Source: the human T2T-CHM13v2.0 reference genome, Homo sapiens. Taken from it: a stretch of DNA of 64,000 nt. Below the pieces are notes generated by a model that saw nothing but the letters and a program-made list of their open reading frames with translations, was not told the origin of the DNA and searched no databases. Shown here piece after piece: positions 25,528-39,376 of the stretch. The stretch lies in the NCBI RefSeq assembly GCF_009914755.1, contig NC_060928.1; one strand, 5' to 3'. The translations under genes and the position numbers were made by a program. The first letter of the stretch is position 1, and the number at the start of each line of letters is the position of its first letter.

Positions 25528-28500
25528 ATGATGAAGGCTACTATGATAATTCTTCTCTTACCTATATTTGATAATTTTATTCCAATGCTAAAGAGCAAAC
25601 TTTCCTGTTTCCAATTGGCATTAAACTCACGGTATAAAAAGCCACTTGAGATTATTATATCCTTTTCTAATGTCTTCAGACAGAAGTATGTAAAGTGTTA
25701 CACCACCCTCTCTAAGAGGGTGGGGAAAATTACAGAGATAACAGGCCACAAACTGTTCCCTAAACGGAAGGGATTTGATGAAGAGACATCTGCTTTCACC
25801 CCAGTAACTTTCATATCCACTCACTTAAATGTGCACCTGCCCAATTTCCTTGTGTTGATAGATTTTGCTTAACATCCCAGCTGTTCCAATGAAGTGGCAA
25901 CACAGGCAGAAATTGCAGCTGCCCCCTGGAACTGGTGGCAATCAGATATCTGAGGCTGAGATGACTGTATTAGAAGCTGTCACCAAAAATGACAAAGACC
26001 AGACTGGGTGGGGTAGTAGCTAAAAGAGAATGGCAAACGCGGTGAACATCTGTGTAACAAGCATCTGAATGTAAACATCTTCATCCTGAGTCAGCAACTG
26101 TATTCCATGGAACTTTTCATCACCCCTATATTTCACAGATTGTAATGTAAATCCTAAATGACCCTCCCTGTTAAAGATATTAATTGTGCCATCAATTTGG
26201 CAGCAGCCAAAAATACCTCCTAGAGTCCTGCAGATTATCAGGGAAGCTTGAAGGAATGAAAGTTGAAATGAATCTGTTACAGCAATATTCTCCTCACTAC
26301 TACATTGTCTTTTCTCCCTCAAGAGTTCAGATAACTGTTATTCTGATGTATGTACTGGAACAGTAATAAGTCAACTTATGACATTTAATCTATTTTAAAT
26401 GGTGACATATTTTAATATAATTATTACTAATAATATGGTTCTATATATGGTTTTCTTGTTAGTTATCTCTGATCCTGCAACTCTATAATTGCCACTAAGC
26501 CAAAACTACTCAAAATGATAAAAGGATCCTCAGTTTTAATTACTGTTGTCTTAGAAATCCTCTGCTTCCTTAAAAGTGACTCTACATTAACTCCCATTGT
26601 TGTATGATATTTTTACAATGTAAGCCTGCCCCATTTAGTCTCTTAAGATTCCGAAGTTTCTTTTACTCGAATATGTGTTGCACAATTATTTTGCAAGTCT
26701 ACTAAGCACAATCATTGGTTTCCCATTTTTTGCTTGAATGATTACCCTTACATGCCCTAGATAGCTAATTAAATCTATCCTCCCATACTCCCCCCTACCT
26801 GACCTGAACACCAGCCTTGCAATTCCGTTTTCTTTTAATTAAGATGTCCTCTCTTGTGGTATCCAAATTTTAATCTTCCTTGCAAACCTAAGTGGCATTT
26901 TAGCCCACTATTTTTTTCTTGAAAATTTTGAAGAGTTTCTCTATATGATCACAGTAACAACAGTGAATTTGTTCTATTTACCCTGATTCTCTGACTATTG
27001 CTAACTTACTGAATTCTATTGTAATGAACCTTAAAAAATGCATGTAACTGAAAAAATTTGAACTCTCCAACCAAAAAATCTTAGTAACTCAGCATCTTTT
27101 GCACAAAATCTAAAATCTTCACAAGTAATTAAAACAGGAAATCTTCCATCTCTTTCTAAAAGTCCCCCATGACATTTGTCTTCCTCCTCTAAACCCCTCC
27201 AGTTCAAGTCTGGAGTTATCTTATGTCCTGGGAAGTTTTAAACATACCTAATTCTAAAAGCATCTGATCCCTTTGCCAACATAATGGAAACCAAGTGCCT
27301 ATCCAATACTTACTAAAATATGTTAGGTCCCATTATAAAACACAATCTAAATAACGTATTTTGTAATACTACTTGGAGACATTTGTAATTTTTATACCTT
27401 CTTCAACTTTCCTTAACCTGGAGATATAACTCTACTCCTCTACTCACAGACAAAATCCAATTGTACTACCCATTATATCGAAATACTCATGTATTTCAGT
27501 ATATTCCTGAAATATCCATAAAGTTATTAGACTTTGCTAACCATCTCCACCAAACATTTGAAAATATTATGACCTTATTTTAGTATATTTTTTGATGACT
27601 ACTATATGCATACTTATATATATCAGAAGGGACATCTTACTTTTTATTACGTTTTAAATCAAATTATTAATGCCCTAATTCATCATATTCTCTAAGAATA
27701 CTGATATGCTTCTATACAAAAAAAAATGGCATCACACATATCCCTGAAACATTTTGCATTCACCCCCCTAATAAGTTTGTGACAATCTGAATGTTAATAA
27801 AAATATTTATTAAATGGATGCTCTCATGACAGAATACTATTTAAAAAAAGTTATATGAAACCATTTTCAATTTTTAACATGTTTTAATACTGAAATAAAC
27901 AACAAGGAATATAGAGAAGGTGAAATAGATTTAACTCATGTATCAAATTAAGATTGCACCTTAAAAAGGTATAATAAAAACACAAAAATAGCAAAACTAC
28001 CACTAATGCTAATTACTTAAACTGCAAAATCCAGTGAAGAATTTGAAGGGATCTGTATCTGATGATAAGTTGATATCCCTAATTTGATCAGCTTCTGTAT
28101 TAAATCATTTAATATTTAAACATTAATTTTATTCTTATAATACCTTATTTGTAAATGATAAGATCTGTACCTCATGGGATGAGGGTATTTTAAGTTAAAA
28201 ACAAAAATTTCCAGAATTCTGTGTTAACAACACTAAAAATTTAGAAGAAATAATTCTCATCATATAACTCTTCATAAGTTTTTCATTTTGCTGTTCATGT
28301 CTAGTTTTTTTTTCTTTTACCTGTAGCTCAAAACAAATAAGTTTTTCTAAAGAAGATAATTGAGGAGAATCCGGAAGTTTCTATTGGAATTAACACGGTC
28401 TTAGTACTTTTGGGAATGCCACACTTAAACACCCTCGACATCCCTGCTACAGACATAGAAAAATGTGCTCTCTGAGCCTTACACTCTTCTGTAGATATCA

Positions 28501-29486
28501 TAATTCTCTGCCTCACAGTAAATATACCAGAAATCACTCTTCCCTTTATGACAGAATACTTAAAGTTCAATAAAGAAAACACAGAGTGGTTATACAGAAT
28601 TCTTAATTAAGAAGAGAAAGAAGAAACCAGTGCCTAGAACACATGAAAGCCAGAACGAGCCAAAATATGGTGTGATATGAATTTATGCAGACTGGGTCTT
28701 GCTCGTGATAGTATTTCCAGCATTTAAAATAGTACCCGGCAAATCCTAAGCCCTTAGTAAGAAACAGTTGAATGAATGAGCTATACTTACAGCTACAAAA
28801 CTTGGCTAACTCCAGTTAAATGGTACAAGTAAAAATCATTTCCTACTTCTCTAAACTTCAATAGAATGTTCTTATAATGGACCATGTGTTCTGTGGTTTC
28901 AAGCTATTTTGAGAATGACAGTGTACATGCCTCATCTCCCCGAGGGACCTCATCTCCAGGAAGACCAACACCACACCTTGTACGTCTTTATATCCTGCAG
29001 AGTAGAGTGGCTGGCATATCACACTCTTTCAATACACATTTTAAGGAACAAAATACTAGAATAATTTCATTTGACTCTTTCCATGTTAACACATTGAAAA
29101 GTAATGAATAGTTTACTGGCCAATCTGTTCATTTCACTATCTTCACTACCAATATAGATTTCTACAAGGTGATTTATCTGTAGCAATCAAAATAGGACAC
29201 TAAAACAAATGGATCAGTCATGCTTATGGTCCAATTTATCCACTGTGTATTAAGGGGGAGAGAAACAAAAACTTTGACTGCATCTGAGCTGAAGTGCTAC
29301 AGGGAAAAAATACAGTGAGTGAGGCATGCTTGTGCCTGAAACAGCCAAAGTAAGCATCCCTCAAAATTATGACTGAGGACAACACCTTCACAACAGCGAT
29401 GGTTGAAAAAACCAACTGCTATTAACCAAAAATGTTTTCAGATGAAAACAAAACACTAGTATTAGTTCATTAAAACATGGGTAGTG

Positions 29487-32023
29487 GCCAGGCGTAGTGG
29501 GTCATGCCTGTTATCCCAGCACTTTGGGAGGCCAAAGTGGGAGGATCACTTGAAGCCGAGAGTTCAAGACCAGACATAGTGAGATCCTGTGTCTACAAAA
29601 AATTTAAAAATTGTCTCCCTCTCCCTCTCCCTCTCCCTCTCCCTCTCCCTCTCCCCACGGTCTCCCTCTCCCTCTCTCCACGGTCTCCCTCTGATACCGA
29701 GCTGAAGCTGGACGGTACTGCTGCCTGATTCTCCTGCCTCAGCCTGCCGACTGCCTGCGATTGCAGGCGCGCGCCTGACTGGTTTTCCTATTTTTTTGGT
29801 GGAGACGGGGTTTCGCTGTGTTGGCTGGGCTGATCTCCAGCTCCTAACCGCAAGTGATCCACCAGCCTCGGCATCCTGAGGTGCCGGGATTGCAGACGGA
29901 GTCTCATTCATTCCGTGCTCAATGGTGCCCAGGCTGGAGTGCAGTGGCGTGATCTCGGCTCGCTACAACCTTCACCTCCCAGCAGCCTGCCTTGGCCTCC
30001 CAAAGTGCCGAGATTGCAGCCTCTGCCCGGCCGCCACCCCGTCTGGGAAGTGAGGAGCGTCTCTGCCCGGCCGCCCATCGTCTGGGATGTGAGGAGCCCC
30101 TCTTCCTGGCTGCCCAGTCTGGAAAGTGAGGAGCATCTCTGCCCGGCCGCCATCCCATCTAGGAAGTGAGGAGCGCCTCTTCCCGGCCGCCATCCCATCT
30201 GGGAAGTGAGGAGCGTCTCTGCCCAGCCGCCCATCGTCTGAGATGTGGGGAGCACCTCTGCCCTGCCGCCCCGTCCGGGATGTGAGGAGCGTCTCTGCCC
30301 AGCCGCCCCGTCTGAGAAGTGAGGAGACCCTCTGCCTGGCAACCGCCCCGTCTGAGAAGTGAGGAGCCCCTCCGCCCAGCAACCGCCCCGTCTGAGAAGT
30401 GAGGAGCCCCTCCGCCCAGCAGCCACCCCGTCTGGGAAGTGAGGGGCGTCTCTGCCCGGCAGCCACCTCGTCCGGCAGGGAGGTGGGGGGTCAGCCCCCC
30501 GCCCGGCTAGCCGCCCGGTCCAGGAGGTGAGGGGCGCCTCTGCCCGGCTGCCCCTACTGGGAAGTGAGGAGCCCCTCTGCCCGGCCAGCCTCCCCGTCCG
30601 GGAGGGAGGTGGGGGGGGTCAGCCCCCCGCCCGGCCAGCCGCCCCGTCCGGGAAGTGAGGGGCGCCTCTGCCCGGCCGCCCCTACTGGGAAGTGAGGAGC
30701 CCCTCTGCCCGGCCAGCTGCCCCGTCCGGGAGGGAGGTGGGGGGGTCAGCCCCCCGCCCAGCTAGCCGCCCCGTCCAGGAGGTGAGGGGCGCCTCTGCCC
30801 GGCCGCCCCTACTGGGAAGTGAGGAGCCCCTCTGCCCGGCCAGCCGCCCCATCCAGGAGGGAGGTGGGGGGGTCAGCCCCCCGCCCGGCCAGCCGCCCCG
30901 TCCGGGAGGGAGGTGGGGGGTTCAGCCCCCCACCCGGCCAGCCGCCCCATCAGGGAGGTGAGGGGCGCCTCTGCCCGGCCGCCCCTACTGGGAAGTGAGG
31001 AGCCCCTCTGCCCGGCCAGCTGCCCCGTCCGGGAGGGAGGTGGGGGGGTCAGCCCCCCGCCCGGCTAGCCGCCCCGTCCAGGAGGTGAGGGGCGCCTCTG
31101 CCCGGCCGCCCCTACTGGGAAGTGAGGAGCCCCTCTGCCCGGCCAGCCGCGCCATCCAGGAGGGAGGTGGGGGGGTCAGCCCCCCGCCCGGCCAGCCGCC
31201 CCGTCCGGGAGGGAGGTGGGGGGTTCAGCCCCCCACCCGGCCAGCCGCCCCATCAGGGAGGTGAGGGGCGCCTCTGCCCGGCCGCCCCTACTGGGAAGTG
31301 AGGAGCCCCTCTGCCCGGCCACCACCCCGTCTGGGAGGTGTACCCAACAGCTCATTGAGAACAGGCCATGATGACAATGGCGGTTTTGTGGAATGGAAAC
31401 GGGGGAAGGGTGGGGAAAAGACTGAGAAATCGGATGGTTGCCGTGTCTGTGTAGAAAGAGGTAGACGTGGGAGACTTTTCATTTTGTTCTGTACTAAGAA
31501 AAATTCTTCTGCCTTGGGATCCTGTTGATCTGTGACCTTACCCCCAACCCTGTGCTATCTGAAACATGTGCTGTATCCACTCAGGGTTGAATGGATTAAG
31601 GGCGGTGCAAGATGTGCTTTGTTAAACAGATGCTTGAAGGCAGCATGCTCGTTAAGAGTCATCACCACTCCCTAATCTCAAGTACCCAGGGACACAAACA
31701 CTGCGGAAGGCCACAGGGTCCTCTGCCTAGGAAAACCAGAGACCTTTGTTCACTTGTTTATCTGCTGACCTTCCCTCCACTATTGTCCTGTGACCCTGCC
31801 AAATCCCCCTCTGCGAGAAACACCCAAGAATGATCAATTAAAAAAAAAAAAATTTAAAAATTAGCTGGGTGTGGTGGCACACACCTGTGGTCCTAGCTAC
31901 TCAGGGGACTGAGGTGGGAGGATCACTTGAACCCGGGAGGTGGAGGCCACAGTGGGCTGAGATTGAGTCCACTGTATTCCAGCCTGGGCAACATAGCAAG
32001 ATTCTGCCTCAAAAAAAAAAAAA
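29487..32023 (+). mobile_element. Older Alu (AluJ-like) split by the SVA: left arm 29487-29612, right arm 31863-32023
   Basis: ggccaggcgtagtgg...ggaggatcacttgaagccgagagttcaagaccag left monomer. The right monomer resumes at agctgggtgtggtggc and ends in an A tail. Confidence 0.9.
29613..31846 (+). mobile_element. Full-length SVA retrotransposon (SVA_D-like), antisense to GABRA2
   Basis: (CCCTCT)n hexamer, antisense Alu-like domain, GC-rich VNTR (~30020-31335), SINE-R (HERV-K-derived) and A tail. 16-bp TSD AAAAAATTTAAAAATT at 29597-29612 and 31847-31862. Confidence 0.97.
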
Positions 32024-35000
32024 AGTAGGCAATATTTTCTGGGCCATGCACTTTACTGACATCACCTTGAATTTTGCCTGACACTTGCTGTATGGGGAGA
32101 AAGTGCTTCTATCTAATATAATACATACCAGCGCTGCCACATATTCAGTCTGCCTTTCCTATAAAACAATCACAAGCTATATATCTGGTTAAGACAACCA
32201 ACTGAGAAAAAATTCTGCAAAACTACCTCACCCTAACTATTTCCTAAGAAGCCTATCTTAGTCCCATTCTGCAGCAAGGAGTGGGCAAGCAACACACAGT
32301 GAGGTGTATGCAGAAACAATAAGATGCTTGTTAGTCATGCCTCAAAATATTAAAAAGCGTCACAAAAAGCTGTACCTAACATTACCGTGTTTCTAGTTTA
32401 ACCTAGCATGCACTGTGATGAAGTCCATCAGCATGCTATTTCCATGCCATATGGAGAGAAGTGGGATAGCCCCCAGGCAAAATTCAAGAAACTGACTCTG
32501 AAAGCTGTGTCCACAAGTCTCCAGCCTCCCCAATGGCATCCCACTTCAGGCACCCAAGCACATGTCTCATGCCTCCCACAAAGTAAATTTAAATAAATAG
32601 GAAATGACAAATAACTTGATATCAGTCATTTACACTTTTATTAAAAGCTATTTACATACGTGCGAAATCATCCCAATTTATTTTCATTTTCTCACTCATG
32701 AAATAATAAAATGCAGTGTTCCCTGTGACCTTTAGGGAGCCTAGTGGGTGGATCTCATGCGGAGCATTAAAGGGCTCTGAAATCTTCTTATGCGGAAGGC
32801 TTATTCTGAAGGTTATCCTACTCAGTGAACTTTAGGAGACCCCAGGAATCTGAGTCTGAAAGGCAGAGAGACTAGATTCTCAGCTGCCTCATGCTTCTGA
32901 AGGAGCATCAGCCTTGACTGCAGCTGCCTGATTGAGGAGAATGCCAAACATCACAGCTTTTCAAAGAAGCAGAAGCTTTAACATCTGGAGTTTACTCTGC
33001 CTTCATCTGAGACTAGAACTACTTAACAGCTCAGCTCAATCTCTTCTTTCTACTCATCTTGCAACCTACCTTTCCCTATCTTCCCCTCGCCTCCACAGTT
33101 TTATATACTGAGATCTCAAACCACTCTCAGCATGTTCTCTCTCTCTCGATGTCTCCACCACCCATAATCATAAAGATAAGTATGATGTGATCAAGCATCA
33201 GGATATATACTCTAAAGTTTCAAGACTCAGAGGTTTTGCTGTTGAGGTGTCTGGTACATCCCAGCTTAGGGTGGTGACTATGCTTTCAATTTTATAATAT
33301 GTCCCTAAAATCATCATTTATATCATATAATGAGCTTTTATTCTGTAAATACAGCTTTGCTTCTATAGGCAAATTCATTATCTTGAATTGATGGTGCCAA
33401 ATTTTTATATGTCATGACAGTAATCGTGAAGATAAATGCATCATCTTTTTCATTGGTTTTGTTTTCAGGGGTTTTGTTCATGTACAAAGATGTGCCCACA
33501 CAATAAGACTGAATGCATAAGAAACACACAAATAACTTCTTTCTTTAAAGCTGGATCCTGTATGCCCCAAGTTTATCATGTTTTGGAAGTCAAAGCTTTT
33601 ATAAATTAAATGCGACATGGGTTGATATATTCTATTTCATTTCTAGTAGAAGTGGTAGTAGAACCAACAATAACGATAATAATTTCTACATGTATTGAGT
33701 TCTTACTCTGTTTGCCAGCCACTGTCCAAAGGGATTAGATGTAAAAAGTAAAATAAGCCCTCAACAAACCAATAAGCCTTGTAATTTTACAAATAAAGAA
33801 ACTGAAGCAAGGAGAGGTTGAGCAATGTGCTGAAAGTCATATAGTTAATATATAATAGGAACAGAATTCAAAAGCAGGTACTGATCTTAACCATTACTTC
33901 ATGAAGCAATACAATGCTCTTTTGAGGTCAGAATTCCTCTTAGGTTCTGGGAGAGATCAGATTTTTTGGTATTAATTTTTGCCCACTCAGTAGCCTCTAT
34001 TTCATTTTTTTATAAATTTGAGGAGTAATAAAATCCATGGAAACATGTTATCATACATCTCTCCACAGTCTAAGGATAAATATCCAAGAGTAAATTTGAA
34101 AACTGACCATCAGACTCTAAGTCTGTGTTCAGACCTCAAGTTTTTCATGATTTTTAAGCATAAAGCATCTTCAAGGTTTCAGAGTATAAAACAAAAGTAC
34201 CAGGTTGGGAGAGGGTGGTTCTAACTAGCCAACCTCCTCGAAACAGCTTTTCAAAATGCAGTTAAGCATGGTGCTCAATCTAGATTTTCCAGGCTGAATC
34301 TATAATTTAGATTTCAAGGCTTGTCATAGCTAATAGTTGTTACTCTTGATCATGTGGATGCCAGCTATCATAAATATATGAGGCCTGTCTACACATTCAA
34401 TTTTCCAATGACCTATAAAATTGATCCGAAATAACAAATGTTGCTCCTTTTATTCATTTAACAATGTGAAAGCCTCCTCTGAAATAGAAAAATCCATGGG
34501 AGATACCCCGACTTGTTAGCTCTGATGACTAAATTGAAGACAAAGAGAAGACTTGATACAGTTATTAATTCTAGCTAATCTGCATCTACAGTCTTGTTAG
34601 ATAAGATTTTGAGGCAATGCCATGTCAATTTTTCAGGCCCACAATGAAATAAGACTACCAAATGCATAAGGCCTACCAATATTTTCTTGACATGTTTTTC
34701 AAAGAATATTACTTTCTAACATAATATTCTCCTTGAAGAATTCTCCTCTGCTATACCAAACAATACTAATTCCTATCAATTGTATGTCACATTGCACTTT
34801 CTTAAGAATTTCAATGTACTTGAGCCATATACTATTCCTGCGAGATATAAATAGAATCAGTGGAACTCCTCCTCCCACTTCACAGATGAGTAAATTAAGT
34901 CATAGATGGGATAAATGAATCACTCAAATCACACAGTTAGTTCATGGCAGAATCACAGGTACTGTAAATCAGGAGTCTGAGTAATTGGTGTAATAATTAT

Positions 35001-35164
35001 CCCAATTCACCAAGAAATCAACTTAAAATATATTGGTGTTAATAGTGAGAGGCTGGTGTAGTAATTAAATAATCACTCCATTGATTTTAAGGATGAAGTC
35101 AACTCTATAGTTGATCATTTTCATGGTGGCACACTGAAAGCAAAAATGAAATCAACTAATAAAA

Positions 35165-35360
35165 TGGAAAGTCATTCAAGAGATATTTTGTTGAGTGCTT
35201 ACTATGTGCCAGGCACGGTTCTAGATGCTTAGGATAGATATATCAGTGAATCAAGCTGCAAAACAAGCAAAAATCCCTGACCTCATAGAGCATACATTCT
35301 AGCAAAAGAGACAAAAATGTGCAATTAATGGTAATAAATTATATATATATACACAAACAT

Positions 35361-35393
<33 letters not shown>

Positions 35394-35800
35394 AAGTGCT
35401 AAAGAAGCACAAAGAAAAAATGAAATTGGGCAAAAGGGATCAGGATTGCTGATGGGTAGACAGGTTGGAGTTTCATTAAGTTGGTCAGGGTTGACCTCGT
35501 TGAGAAGGTGAGATCAGTGGATACACCAGGGAAGAGAATACAAGCAGGGAAAAGGCTCCACAGAGTATCCCAGTGTGTTCAAAGAGCAGGAAGGAAGCTA
35601 ATGTGACTGAAGCGATGTTAGCAAGAAGGAGAGTTGTGTGAGGTGAGGTTAAAGAAAGAGTGGGGAGAAAAACCTTGCAGGGCCTTGCAGGTCACCACAA
35701 GAAATAAATCCAACTTTTATTCTGAATGACTAGGACACCATTGCAAGGATCTGAGCAGTTGAGGGGCATGCTCTGACTTAAATTTTTAAAGGGATCTATT
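35165..35800 (-). mobile_element. L2 3' region with an embedded (CA)n/(TA)n microsatellite (35339-35392)
   Basis: ttgagtgcttactatgtgccaggcacggttctag and downstream L2 motifs. Confidence 0.75.
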
Positions 35801-38800
35801 ATTAATCGTTAAATGCCTTAAAATATGTTACTCAATATATTATATAATCTTTGTCATATAAATGAATCACAATGGACTCTCCTTCTCTCAGAATAAAATT
35901 CTATTATTCCCATTTTCCCAAAGAAAATATCCAGGCTCAAAATGTCTACAATAAGAGCTAGTAATGATAGAGCCAGGTGAAAAGAACAATTTTTCTAACT
36001 CATAGTTCAAAACTGGTTCCTCTTTTCTATGTACTCATTTATATCATAGTTATAAAGGAAAGAAAATAGCAATTGAGACTAATTAAATAGATTATCCATC
36101 AACAGAGATGTGCAGTTTGATACATTAAAATCAAATTGAGCCCATTTTTCCCTTATTATTCATTTCTGGGAAATAATGATACAGGTAATTTCCCTGAGTT
36201 TTCTATTTGAAACGACATGTGTGCATTCAGACTAAAAATGTTGGATGCAGAGGTAATTATGATAATAATTTAAACTTGAAACAGTACATTTAGCAAGTTC
36301 TTCAAAGTCTTTTAGTTATTGTCATTTATTAACTGTCCACTAAATGCCAGTCGCTATGCTAAATTCATTGCATATATTATATTTAATATTCATAAAAAAT
36401 TTAAGAATGTCATTAGAAATCCTGTTTCACAGATGACAAATATAGATCCAGAGAGGCTAGCGATTGAAAGGTCACACACTGCTTAGCCCCAGAACCAGGA
36501 TTTTACTAAATCTCCAGTCTAAAGCAAAGTTCTCTTCATTAAGAGCGATACTCAACATACCACCTCAACATTCCTAACTAAAAGGTCAGCCAGATATGGG
36601 TAGTCCCATTTTCCAGACAATGAGCTGTTCACAGAAAAGTTAATCAAGCATCAACATTTATTTTATGACCACAATATGCAAATCAATATTTAGTTGCTGA
36701 GAAAGGAGGATTTATTATACAATATCTTGACTCAATGAGCTTCTAATCTTAATAAGGTAACAAGAGAAACATAAAATGGTAATAAATCATATATGATAGC
36801 ACATAATATGTACCAGGAGACATAGTGCCAGTGACTGGTTAAAAAAATTTGAGAGAAAATTTAATCTGGGTGCTTCAATTCAGTTAAGAAAGATCTTTAC
36901 TAAAAAGAACTGGTGTTAAGATGATTTGCATAGGAAAGGTAGAGTTTAGATAAGCAGAAGGGATGAGGAAAAAATGATTCCAGTCAGAGGAGATCATATG
37001 ACTAAAAGCCAAAGGAATAGATGAGAATGAATTATCAAGAGAAAATAAATAGATGTGTTTGAAAGGCAGGAAGAATTGGAGGTGGGGTAAAGTGGTAAAT
37101 GAAACCAGAGAAATAGACTGTGGAAATCCTTGTTAAATTAGCAATTTAAGGGAGGAGAGAAAGAATTGATATCATTGAAATGCCAATATGTAGCACATGC
37201 TTTGTGTACACTTTTTGTTTATATAATCAACTCAACAACCCTAAAGGTAACTATATCACAGCCACAGAAACAGAGGTGATATGGCCAAGGCACAGCTTTG
37301 TGTGTGGATGGAGCAGAATTCCAGTCTAGACCTGTCTGCCTCCAAGGAATATGTTCCTTCCACTATCCCTCGCCACCATCTACCAAAGGAAATGGGGAGC
37401 CACTGTTGGCACTTGATCAAGAGAAGAGAGTGACATATGAAAAGGAGTATAAAGCTAAAAGAAGACTGACCTGACTGTGAGATATTAGCATATGTTCAAT
37501 ATCAGAGGATTGAGGAAGGAAGAGAATAACTCAAGAAAAGCCACTTCATGTATTGCATTAACCTAATTAACAAGGTAATGTAAATCTCTATTTGAATGCA
37601 AGCGTTGGAAATAAAAAGGATGCAAGATTTTACAAAAGAAATATAAGGAGATCAATGGCAATACATAAGTCCTCAAACAGGTAGTTTCTACTACCTAACC
37701 ATATACCCAGAGGATAAATATTCCTCGTAAAAATTCAAAGAGACAAAGTCTACAGGCTAACTTGGATATTTTAAAATTTGACAGCAGGTGATTTATTTTA
37801 AAATAATATGATCTATGCCTTATGAAAAACATCTGCCTTAGTGCAATATGCCTCTTAAACCACGATTGTGAATTATGGGAACCTTACTTCTTACTTACTA
37901 GGCTTACTTCTCTTATACAAGTTTGGCCAATAGTTCATTGCCACATATGTTAACCTGGATAGTAATTCCTTATGTTCGTGCTTGTTAGGCATATTAATTA
38001 CTAATCAGATATTCTTTTCCTTTTTATTTTTCCTATTAGAAACTGAGCATATATTAAACAACTGAATTCTTCCTTCAGGATACAATGTGTCATACCTGTG
38101 AACATTATTCCTCTCTGGGATGTCTCTCTTAAAATGTAAGATATCACTCAGGGATTCAAGTCAAAAACTAATAGAAATTAAATGGCATATTATTGAACCA
38201 GTTGGGTCTCTTCCAACTTTTTTCTTACCCATGGACAACCCAAACCATACAATTGCCTAACATATATATATATATATATATAAACAAAACTTATATTTTT
38301 AAAAGAATTATTTGCATATATATTCAGGAATTTAGTCAGACTAATACAAATCTTTTCCAGCAACTTAGCATTGCAAAGTCACCAAACCCGGCAATAACCA
38401 GGTTAACTACATAAATCTTGTATTAGTATCAACTGTTCAACTAATTTGTCTTAATTTTGAATTAACTGTGAAACTAAATGTCTTAATGATTATGAAACAA
38501 ACAAGTGATAAATGTGATCATTAAAATTTAACATATTAGCCAAGCCAAATTTTCTTTCCCTTTTCGAATAAAAATATATTTATTTTTCTGAATTAAAAAT
38601 TTTAATTTTCTGAATATTTATTTTATTTTTCTGAATAAAAAATGTTTAAATTTGAAATCAAACTGTGCCACAATCCAAAACTTTAGACCTATGTCTAACG
38701 TATATCTGAAATGTCTTTGAAAGTTTCAAGAATAACAAAGTTGTGCTGTATTCTAGAAATATCACATGCAAGTGTAAAGAAGTATCATCATAGAATGCTA

Positions 38801-39214
38801 AAAAGTGTATTCGTTAAAATACAACCACTATATTCTTAAATTTTTTATGTTCCTCATTTCTGTGTATCTGAGCTGACATGAAAATATGATCAAAGAAAGT
38901 AAATATACTTTCTTTACACATGAAATATACTTTCATATGTATATCTGCTCAATAATGCTAGATTTTAACATACTCTAAGTGTGAGAAAGTTAATTTAAAA
39001 ACTATTCATGCAGAAAGTCTGGGCTCCATATGACTTTAGGCATTCTATGAAAGATATGTTAAATACATTATGTATGTATAAAAGGAATCACAGACAATAT
39101 TTTTTCATATATCTTACTTTCTATTTTCTATAATTTTATATACACAGTGATGCATTCATATATAAAAGTATTAAAATAGGAATATTACCCTTAACTTTTA
39201 AAGGCATTATTTTA

Positions 39215-39376
<162 letters not shown>

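Noticed and set aside
30020-31335. Regularly spaced repeats resembling a CRISPR array
   Set aside because: Tandem SVA VNTR units without unique spacers, in a primate genome.
29504-31833. Many overlapping 60-170 aa ORFs
   Set aside because: They derive from the GC-rich SVA VNTR and Alu-like sequence, not from genes.
38565-38645. Imperfect ttttctgaat repeats
   Set aside because: AT-rich low-complexity slippage with no evidence of function.
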